Assembly: GCA_030158725.1 (NCBI GenBank)
Contig: JAOASJ010000036.1
Location: 7,776-71,775 of the forward strand
Source: Bacteroidia bacterium
GTDB lineage: Bacteria > Bacteroidota > Bacteroidia > NS11-12g > UBA955
DNA: 64,000 nt
Direction of reading: 5' to 3'
Below are positions 57,353 to 64,000 of this stretch, one piece after another. The notes below the pieces were generated by a model. That model worked only from the letters and a program-made list of their open reading frames with translations, ran no database searches and was not told the DNA's origin. The translations under genes and the position numbers were made by a program. Each line of letters starts with the position of its first letter. Positions within the stretch are counted from its first letter, which is position 1.

Positions 57353-58246
57353 TTAAAGGTTTTTTTTACTTCCTTTTGGATGTGCTTGTTTGTGAATTGT
57401 TTTTAGCCTTTCCACACTATTATGCGTATAAATTTGTGTGGCTGAAAGATTGGCGTGACCAAGCAATTCTTTAATTGCATTTAAATCACTGCCATTGTTT
57501 AGAAGATGCGTTGCAAAAGTGTGTCTCAATACATGGGGACTCTTTTTGCGAATGGTGCTGTGTTGACTTAATAAGTCTTTTACACTGCGGTAAACAAAAT
57601 TAGGATATAATTTCTGGTTCTTAGGGGTATTAAATACAAATGGGCTTTCTGTTTCTATATTAATATAATTCTCAAATAGAGTACATAACTCTTCTGTTAT
57701 TGGAATTATCCTCTCTTTATTTCTCTTACCCAACACTTTGATTGTTGAGTGTGCTAAATCAATATTTCGTTTCTCGAGGTTTATCAATTCGCTTAATCTT
57801 ATTCCTGTGTGGTACAAAGTTAATAGGATATCGTTAGCTAACACATTTTTATTGTCATTTTCATCGATAATATTGCTCATAATATCTTTCATTTTATCTT
57901 CTTCAATGAAATTGGGCAACTTCTTAGAAATTTTAGGGGAACTAACCTTAATCATGGGGTCAATTTCCACTAATTTGTGTCGCAATAAATATTTGTAGTA
58001 AGTTTTTAAGGAAGATATTTTCCTTCTTACACTTTTACTGTCTATGCCAGAGGAAAGCATACTGCTTAACCAAGACTTTATAAATAAATGGCTAAGCTCC
58101 TGTAATGTGTTTATTTCAAAATTTTCTTGGGTATATTTTACACAAGAATTAATATCGGCTATATATGCCTTAACCGTGTGCGCAGACATTTTCTTCTCTG
58201 CACCCAAATACTCCTCAAACCGCTGTATAAAAAAAACGTCCGACAA
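57353..58246 (-). CDS. Tyrosine recombinase, XerC/XerD family
   Basis: 297 aa. Core-binding N-terminus FIQRFEEYLGAEKKMSAHTVKAYIADI. Catalytic region TGIRLSEL, HVLRHTFATHLL, LGHANLSATQIYTH. The TTG start lies inside the rpsU terminator hairpin. Confidence 0.85.
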   Translation of the reverse strand: MSDVFFIQRFEEYLGAEKKMSAHTVKAYIADINSCVKYTQENFEINTLQELSHLFIKSWLSSMLSSGIDSKSVRRKISSLKTYYKYLLRHKLVEIDPMIKVSSPKISKKLPNFIEEDKMKDIMSNIIDENDNKNVLANDILLTLYHTGIRLSELINLEKRNIDLAHSTIKVLGKRNKERIIPITEELCTLFENYINIETESPFVFNTPKNQKLYPNFVYRSVKDLLSQHSTIRKKSPHVLRHTFATHLLNNGSDLNAIKELLGHANLSATQIYTHNSVERLKTIHKQAHPKGSKKNL

Positions 58247-58262
58247 TATGAATTATCGGACG
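58229..58262 (-). terminator. Rho-independent terminator after rpsU, overlapping the recombinase start codon
   Basis: Minus-sense CGTCCGA-taattcatattg-TCGGACG followed by U8 (plus-strand A-run 58229-58236). Confidence 0.8.
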
Positions 58263-58283
58263 CTAAATTAATATATTTTTTGA

Positions 58284-58478
58284 TTAGTTGTTCTCTTGAC
58301 TTTGCATAAAACTTCTGTATGCAGCTTTTTTAATTTCCATTCTTCTAGTGATAGAAGGTTTTTCGAAAGCTTGACGGCTTCTTAATTCTTTCATAACACC
58401 AATTTTTTCGTACTTCTTTTTGTACTTCTTAAGTGCTTTGTCGAGATTCTCGTTGTCTTTTACGTTGATATAAATCAT
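58284..58478 (-). CDS. rpsU: 30S ribosomal protein S21
   Basis: 64 aa. MIYINVKDNENLDKALKKYKKKYEKIGVMKELRSRQAFEKPS. Confidence 0.93.
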   Translation of the reverse strand: MIYINVKDNENLDKALKKYKKKYEKIGVMKELRSRQAFEKPSITRRMEIKKAAYRSFMQSQENN

Positions 58479-58506
58479 GTGTACTTATTTTAAAAATTTA
58501 GGATTG

Positions 58507-58537
58507 CAAAGATAATAAAATTTTTATTCCAAACAAA
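58507..58537 (-). promoter_or_regulatory. Consensus promoter (TTTG-N19-TATCTTTG) for rpsU
   Basis: Plus strand has CAAAGATA at 58507-58514 and CAAA at 58534-58537 with a 19-nt spacer. Confidence 0.55.
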
Positions 58538-59677
58538 TTATTTCAATACTGCTCGAGAAATAACTAATTTTTGGATTTCAGATGTCCCCTCGCCTATTGT
58601 ACAAAGCTTGCTGTCACGGTAGAATTTTTCTACAGGGAAATCTTTTGTGTAACCATATCCGCCAAAAATTTGAACCGCCTCAGTAGACACTCTTACACAA
58701 GTTTCACTTGCATAGTATTTAGCCATAGCAGAAACTTTATTGACATTTAGTCCATTGTTTTTCAAATGACAAGCCTCATGGATTAGCAATTCAGAAGCTT
58801 CAATTTGTGTAGCCATATCAGCCAATTTAAATCCGATGGCTTGGAAATTAGCGATTGGTTGTCCGAATTGTTGACGTTCTTGTGCATACTTCACAGATGC
58901 TTCATAAGCTCCTTTTGCAATACCTAAAGACAAAGCAGCAATTGAAATTCTACCACCATCTAAAATTTTCATGGCTTGAATAAATCCATCACCTACTTCG
59001 CCTAGAACGTTTGATTCAGGGATTCTGCAGTCTTCAAAAACCATTTCTGCAGTTTCGCTCGCACGCATTCCCAATTTATTTTCTTTTTTTCCAGCTTTAA
59101 AACCTGGAGTTCCTCTTTCAACAACAAATGCTGTAATTCCTCTTGAGTCTAACAAATCACCTGTTCTTGCTAAAACAACAGCGATGTTGCCAGTAGAACC
59201 ATGGGTAATCCAATTTTTTGCTCCATTAAGCACCCAAGTATCGCCATCTTTCTTAGCTGTAACCTGCATACGTAATGCATCACTGCCTGTATTTGCTTCG
59301 GTTAAACCCCAAGCACCAATCCATTCACCACTGGCCAATTTAGGCAACCATTTACTTTTTTGCTCGTGGTTTCCAAAATAAAGAATATGACCTGTGCAAA
59401 GGCTATTATGTGCAGCCAAGCTCAAACCAATAGAACCGCATACTTTAGCAGTTTCTACAATAGCTTCAACATATTCATAATATCCTAGGCCTGATCCGCC
59501 GTATTCTTCGGGTACTAAAATTCCCATCATACCAAGTTTACCCATTTCACGGAATAAATCAGCAGGAAAAGTTTGAGCTTCATCCCACTCCATTACATTT
59601 GGTCTAATGTTTTTCTCAGCAAAGTCGCGGCACATTTGCCTAATCATTGTTTGGTTTTCGGATACAGTAAAGTTCAT
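58538..59677 (-). CDS. Acyl-CoA dehydrogenase (short/branched-chain type)
   Basis: 379 aa. GAWGLTEANTGSD, QIFGGYGYTKDFPVEKFYRDSKLCTIGEGTSEIQ. A -7 box (plus-strand CAAAAATA) lies at 59686-59693. Confidence 0.9.
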   Translation of the reverse strand: MNFTVSENQTMIRQMCRDFAEKNIRPNVMEWDEAQTFPADLFREMGKLGMMGILVPEEYGGSGLGYYEYVEAIVETAKVCGSIGLSLAAHNSLCTGHILYFGNHEQKSKWLPKLASGEWIGAWGLTEANTGSDALRMQVTAKKDGDTWVLNGAKNWITHGSTGNIAVVLARTGDLLDSRGITAFVVERGTPGFKAGKKENKLGMRASETAEMVFEDCRIPESNVLGEVGDGFIQAMKILDGGRISIAALSLGIAKGAYEASVKYAQERQQFGQPIANFQAIGFKLADMATQIEASELLIHEACHLKNNGLNVNKVSAMAKYYASETCVRVSTEAVQIFGGYGYTKDFPVEKFYRDSKLCTIGEGTSEIQKLVISRAVLK

Positions 59678-59720
59678 AAAGTTTGCAAAAATAAAAAATA
59701 ATATGCCAAGAAAATATGAT

Positions 59721-60602
59721 TCACAAAAATTTAATATAGAATTTTATCTTTTCTATCGATTCTTGGCTCAATAAAATGATATTTTTAAGGTCACTGATAC
59801 TCTTGTACGGCCCGTGCTGCACTCGATAATTGATTATTTGAGTCGAAATTTTATACCCAAAATATGGATGCTTATTTAATTGATCATTTGTGCATTTATT
59901 GATGTCAATTTTAGCTATCAAATCAGAATTCACCTGTATTCTAGATTTTATAATTTCAAAAGTCTCTGGTTTCAGCCCATAAACTTCCATTAATTGAAGA
60001 GGTGAATAAAACCCTCCAAGTTTATTTCTATAGTTAATTATTCTATTGGCCAATTTACTTCCTATCATTGGCAAGGAAATTAATTGTGTCGTATCGGTCG
60101 AATTTAATTCAATGATTTCCGGTCGTTTTTTTTGTTTGAAATTCGTTTGATGAGAATTTTCTTTAACAAAAAAAGCCTTCCCTTTTTCAGGAAGCTTAAT
60201 AAATGACCAAAGCCGACGAATACTCATAGAATCGATACCATAAATTTTCTGCAAATCAGATTTGAATTTGAATTTGCCCCCCTTCTCTCTAAATTTTACG
60301 ATGCGTTCTGCTATATATTTACTGAATCCTAGCTCAATAAATGTCGTTTTTGTGGCAGTATTTGGGTCAAATGGGAATGATTTTGCATTGACAAAATGAC
60401 TAGCATTGGCATTTTTCACTTGCATCTTTTCAATTGAATCCAATTTCGCCAAAAGTAAGAGTTCTGAAAAATCAGTTTTCTCGTATTGTGGTTCTTGATG
60501 AAAGAAAGGAAGAATTGAAAAAAATAAAATAATGGACAATAAAAAAAAGGCGGCATTACGCTCGCCTTTTGTTAGATCGAAATAGGATTTTAAAGTATTC
60601 AT
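59721..60602 (-). CDS. ComEA-like helix-hairpin-helix DNA-binding membrane protein
   Basis: 293 aa. N-terminal TM helix, then three helix-hairpin-helix-like units (FDPNTATKTTFIELGFSKYIAERIVKFREKGG, ELNSTDTTQLISLPMIGSKLANRIINYRNKLGG, DINKCTNDQLNKHPYFGYKISTQIINYR). Confidence 0.7.
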   Translation of the reverse strand: MNTLKSYFDLTKGERNAAFFLLSIILFFSILPFFHQEPQYEKTDFSELLLLAKLDSIEKMQVKNANASHFVNAKSFPFDPNTATKTTFIELGFSKYIAERIVKFREKGGKFKFKSDLQKIYGIDSMSIRRLWSFIKLPEKGKAFFVKENSHQTNFKQKKRPEIIELNSTDTTQLISLPMIGSKLANRIINYRNKLGGFYSPLQLMEVYGLKPETFEIIKSRIQVNSDLIAKIDINKCTNDQLNKHPYFGYKISTQIINYRVQHGPYKSISDLKNIILLSQESIEKIKFYIKFL

Positions 60603-60642
60603 AAATTTAGTTTAACCCAAATTTACGAATATTTTTTAAAAT

Positions 60643-61893
60643 TTACAATGCTGCATTTACAAGCGTTTCGTGCTTGTATTTACCGCTTTCTAAATTTTGT
60701 TTAATTTCTTTAAACGCTTTAATGGTTCTTTCTACATCTGCTAAAGTATGCGCTGCAGTAGGAATTAAACGTAAAATAATTAAACCTTTTGGAATTACTG
60801 GATACACAACGATTGAACAGAAAATATCATAATTTTCTCTCAAGTCAAAAGTTAAGTGGGTAGATTCAGCAACAGTTCCATTTAATATAACTGGAGTTAC
60901 AGGTGTACTAGTAGTACCGATGTTAAATCCAGATTCTTTTAATCCACTTTGAAGTGCATTAACAATTTTCCATAAGTTTTCTTTGTGTTCAGGTTGGGTT
61001 CTGATCATATCTAAACGCTTCAAAGCACCAACAACAAGAGGCATTGGCAATGATTTAGCATAGATTTGTGAACGCAAGTTGTATCTTAAGTAATTTAAAA
61101 TTTCTTTAGGACCTGCTACGAAAGCACCGATACTTGCCATTGATTTTGCAAAAGTTGAGAAGTGTAAATCTACTTGATCAATTACACCTTGCTCTTCAGC
61201 AGCACCGCTACCTGTTTTACCCATGGTACCAAAACCATGCGCATCATCAATAAACAATCTGAAATTGTATTTATCTTTAAGTGCAACTATACCTTTAAGG
61301 TTACCTTGGTTTCCGCTCATTCCAAAAACACCTTCAGTGATTACAAATATTCCACCACCAGATTTTTCAACCAAGCGGGTAGCTCTTTGCAATTGTTTTT
61401 CACAGCTTTCCATGTCATTGTGTTTGAATTGGAAACGGTGACCTTGGTGCAATCTTACTCCATCAACAATACAAGCATGAGATTCAGCGTCATATACAAT
61501 AACGTCGTGTCTATCTACCATTGCATCAATGATTGACAATACACCTTGGTAACCATAGTTTAACAATATCGCATCTTCTTTACCAACGAAAGCAGCAAGT
61601 TCGCGTTCTAATTGTTCGTGTGGGTTGCTATTACCACTCATCATACGTGCACCCATTGGGTAAGCAAGACCGTATTGAGCAGCTGCATCAGCATCAGCTT
61701 TTCTAACTTCAGGGTGGTTAGCTAGACCTAAATAGTTATTTAAACTCCAATTTAATTTTTCTTTACCATTGAATACCATTGTTGGTCCAATATCTCCCTC
61801 AAGTTTAGGGAAAGTGAAATAACCGTGTGCTTCTTTGATGTGGGCGCCTAATGGACCCATGTTTCTAATTACTTTTTCAAAAATATCAGCCAT
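60643..61893 (-). CDS. Alpha-oxoamine synthase family PLP enzyme (KBL/AONS/serine palmitoyltransferase-like)
   Basis: 416 aa. NNYLGLANHPEV, DDAHGFG, FSTFAKSMAS (PLP Lys). A -7 box (plus-strand CAAAAATA) lies at 61931-61938. Confidence 0.8.
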   Translation of the reverse strand: MADIFEKVIRNMGPLGAHIKEAHGYFTFPKLEGDIGPTMVFNGKEKLNWSLNNYLGLANHPEVRKADADAAAQYGLAYPMGARMMSGNSNPHEQLERELAAFVGKEDAILLNYGYQGVLSIIDAMVDRHDVIVYDAESHACIVDGVRLHQGHRFQFKHNDMESCEKQLQRATRLVEKSGGGIFVITEGVFGMSGNQGNLKGIVALKDKYNFRLFIDDAHGFGTMGKTGSGAAEEQGVIDQVDLHFSTFAKSMASIGAFVAGPKEILNYLRYNLRSQIYAKSLPMPLVVGALKRLDMIRTQPEHKENLWKIVNALQSGLKESGFNIGTTSTPVTPVILNGTVAESTHLTFDLRENYDIFCSIVVYPVIPKGLIILRLIPTAAHTLADVERTIKAFKEIKQNLESGKYKHETLVNAAL

Positions 61894-61963
61894 ATAATTT
61901 GTTTTTTTTAATGATAACTTAATGCTGCCGCAAAAATAGATTTTTTTTGTTAAATAAGCATAT

Positions 61964-61988
61964 AAAAAAAGCCCCCGTTTCCGGAGGC
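61964..61988 (-). terminator. Rho-independent terminator after rpsT
   Basis: Minus-sense GCCTCCGG-aaa-CGGGGGC followed by U7. Confidence 0.85.
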
Positions 61989-62008
61989 TCTCTTATAAAA
62001 TAATTTTT

Positions 62009-62263
62009 TTAATTCAAGCTATTGATATGAACCGATAGGCTTGATTTAAGGTTGGACGCTTTGTTCTTGTGGATGACATTGCGTTTGGCCAATTTGTCAA
62101 GCATGCTAGCTGTTTCCACATATAGTGCAACAGCAGCTGTTTTATCAGTTGTTTCGCGAAGTTTTCTTACCAAATTACGTGTAGTCTTGTGCTGGTAACG
62201 GTTTCTTTCGTTCTTCACTTCAGTTTGCCTGATTCTTTTGATCGATGATTTATGATTTGCCAT
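62009..62263 (-). CDS. rpsT: 30S ribosomal protein S20
   Basis: 84 aa. [27 protein letters not shown]. Confidence 0.93.
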   Translation of the reverse strand: MANHKSSIKRIRQTEVKNERNRYQHKTTRNLVRKLRETTDKTAAVALYVETASMLDKLAKRNVIHKNKASNLKSSLSVHINSLN

Positions 62264-62280
62264 TTCTTAAAATAGGACTG

Positions 62281-62311
62281 CAAAAGTACGAATTAAAGAC
62301 AAAAATCCAAA
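62281..62311 (-). promoter_or_regulatory. Consensus promoter (TTTG-N19-TACTTTTG) for rpsT
   Basis: Plus strand has CAAAAGTA at 62281-62288 and CAAA at 62308-62311 with a 19-nt spacer. The ATG lies 17 nt past the -7 box. Confidence 0.6.
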
Positions 62312-62366
62312 CTTTTTTTAAAAAAAAGATTTATTCCCTAAGTTTTCGTCTTAATTTTGACCCGAT

Positions 62367-63572
62367 TTGAAGGTATTAATAATTGGAAGTAGGATTCCTT
62401 GGCCACTCAATGATGGCGGTGCAATTGCCACATACAACCTCTTGAAAGGCTTGTCAGAGCTTGGCATTGAAGTTCATTACATGAGTCTTAACACCAAAAA
62501 ACATTTTGTAGATGAAGCGACCATTGCCAAAGAATTTTCATTTTTAAAGGCCATAAAACCATTTACAATTGACACCAGTATTTCTCCAATCAAAGCATTA
62601 TTAAATGTATTTCAAACCAGTTCTTACAACATTGACCGTTTTACTTCATTAGAATTTAGAGATTCAATTCAAGCTCATATCAATGAAAACAATTTCGATT
62701 TAATTCATTTTGAAGGTCTGTTTGTATCTCAGTACATAGATTTAATAAAAACCAATACCCCTACTCTACTCAGGCAGCACAATATTGAATTCCATATTTG
62801 GAAGACACTTGCAAACACAACTCAATTTATTCCTAAAAAAATCTATTTAAATTTTCTCGCCAATCGTCTTGAAAAATTTGAAAAGCGAATCATTCAAAAA
62901 TTTGACGCCGTTGTCAGTATCACTGAGGAAGACAATCATTTCATTTCGACCCAAAACTTTAAGGGCTTGCAATGCGCTATACCTGCTGGGATAGAGATTA
63001 AAGAAAACAAAGATTGTAAACTTGATTATCATTCTATTTACCACATTGGCTCTATGGAATGGATGCCCAATCAAGAGGCAATGGCATGGTTTCACAACGA
63101 TATTTGGCCAAAAGTTACTGTCAAGAATAAGCTTGTAAAATTTTACATGGCAGGCAAGAATATGTCTGAACATTATAAAAACTGGCAAACTACCTCATTT
63201 AAAGTGATAGGTGAAGTTGAAGATCAAAATGAATTCATCGCCGATAAATCCATTTTGGTTGTTCCTCTAAAAAGTGGCAGCGGCATTCGCATCAAAACCA
63301 TAGAAGCCATGTTGGCAGGTAAGGCAGTTGTGAGTACTTCACAAGGCGCCTATGGATTATCTATATTACATATGGAGCATTGCATTATTGCAGATAATGA
63401 AGCAGATTTTGCAAACGCAATTCTTATTTTGCAAAAAGACCGTGAATTGAGGGGAAAACTGGTCCGCAATAGTCGAAAATTTGCAGTAGAAAATTTTGGA
63501 AATGTTGAGATAAGCAAGAAGTGGGTCAGTATATATGACGATGCTATTTCGAGATATTCTTTTGAGAAATAA
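62367..63572 (+). CDS. Glycosyltransferase family 4 (GT-B fold)
   Basis: 401 aa. MKVLIIGSRIPWPLNDGGAI N-terminus and a C-terminal G..RIKTIEAMLAGKAVVST motif. TTG start, with TAATTTTG at 62352-62359 just upstream. Confidence 0.8.
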   Translation: MKVLIIGSRIPWPLNDGGAIATYNLLKGLSELGIEVHYMSLNTKKHFVDEATIAKEFSFLKAIKPFTIDTSISPIKALLNVFQTSSYNIDRFTSLEFRDSIQAHINENNFDLIHFEGLFVSQYIDLIKTNTPTLLRQHNIEFHIWKTLANTTQFIPKKIYLNFLANRLEKFEKRIIQKFDAVVSITEEDNHFISTQNFKGLQCAIPAGIEIKENKDCKLDYHSIYHIGSMEWMPNQEAMAWFHNDIWPKVTVKNKLVKFYMAGKNMSEHYKNWQTTSFKVIGEVEDQNEFIADKSILVVPLKSGSGIRIKTIEAMLAGKAVVSTSQGAYGLSILHMEHCIIADNEADFANAILILQKDRELRGKLVRNSRKFAVENFGNVEISKKWVSIYDDAISRYSFEK

Positions 63573-63616
63573 GCATATCGAAATTATTTCAATAAACAGT
63601 GTTTAATTGTTTAAAA

Positions 63617-64000
63617 TTATCTCAACAATTCAACCCTTCCTTTTATTTCATGAAATACATTGTAAATATCACGGATTTCTGTCTTGTAAATATATACTCC
63701 TTGTTCAGCCCCTACTCCTGTCCAATGAATTGAACTGTTATCACTGTCAAATACTTTTTCACCCCAGCGATTAAAGATCCTCATGCGGTATTCTTTTACC
63801 ATAAAGATTTGTGAAGGGCTGAGACCAAATGATTCATTGATTTGGTTTCTATCCGGTGAAAATACATTAGGAAAATAAAATTCAAAACTCCTATATACAG
63901 GTAAAAGTATACTTGCACTGTCAAAACATTTGCCGGCAAGTGATGCAATCAGAGTTATTTTGTAAAATCCAGTATCAGAAAACTCATATTGCAACGTTTT
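63617..64000 (-). CDS. C-terminal part of a T9SS type B (gliding motility-associated C-terminal domain) cargo protein; the gene continues past the window end
   Basis: FPNVFSPDRNQINESF...MRIFNRWGEKVFDS..IHWTG..EQGVYIYKTEI...IKGRVELLR matches the type B sorting domain pattern. Confidence 0.8.
   Translation of the reverse strand, partial: KTLQYEFSDTGFYKITLIASLAGKCFDSASILLPVYRSFEFYFPNVFSPDRNQINESFGLSPSQIFMVKEYRMRIFNRWGEKVFDSDNSSIHWTGVGAEQGVYIYKTEIRDIYNVFHEIKGRVELLR

Noticed and set aside
57353-58246. A tyrosine recombinase next to a cluster of four tRNA genes, which could mark an integrated genomic island or prophage boundary.
   Set aside because: It is embedded in rpsU-recombinase-hpf-tRNA-tuf, all housekeeping genes on one strand. 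It shares a terminator/start overlap with rpsU and has XerC/XerD-type motifs. I saw no direct repeat of a tRNA 3' end and no phage or mobile genes nearby. It is most likely the chromosomal dimer-resolution recombinase.

Overview
AT-rich chromosomal segment, almost certainly from a Bacteroidota genome (Flavobacteriia-like). Evidence for the phylum: four proteins carry T9SS C-terminal sorting domains, many promoters match TTTG-N19-21-TAnnTTTG, start codons have A-rich leaders and no Shine-Dalgarno sequences, and bshB1 (bacillithiol synthesis) is present. Most of the window is housekeeping. It holds the tRNA(Thr-Tyr-Gly-Thr)-tuf-tRNA(Trp)-secE-nusG-rplKAJL-rpoBC block, and also lepA (partial), prfB, dnaE, acpP-fabF-rnc, ddl, cmk, efp, rpsU, rpsT, hpf and a Xer-type recombinase. 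Corrections to the ORF track:
- prfB needs a programmed +1 frameshift at CTT TGA C (13216-13222), so the gene spans 12175-13279.
- lepA (1-1039) and five tRNAs are missing from the track.
- Several starts are re-assigned: secE, ddl, the trans-sulfuration PLP enzyme gene (21935-23080), the NTF2-like lipoprotein gene, both STAS-like paralogs, and the DUF2007 gene.
No CRISPR array, rRNA, transposon or recognisable defence island is visible. The loci most worth follow-up:
1. A 1.2-kb gene desert (3602-4776) holds two orphan transcription units, each with a full consensus promoter and an intrinsic terminator. One would give a ~55-nt non-coding RNA. The other encodes a 30-aa basic/hydrophobic, toxin-like peptide.
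2. An ECF sigma operon (24375-28831) has a repeat-bearing single-pass membrane protein and a T9SS cargo protein. A small STAS-like gene sits divergently beside it, and its only paralog sits directly behind rpoC.
3. Promoter -7 boxes lie 4-9 nt from several start codons, implying leaderless mRNAs.
4. The rpsU terminator hairpin contains the start codon of the downstream recombinase gene.
5. A Tat-exported lipoprotein flavin amine oxidase is translationally coupled to an NTF2-like lipoprotein.
All functional calls come from reading the translated sequences by eye. No database search was run.
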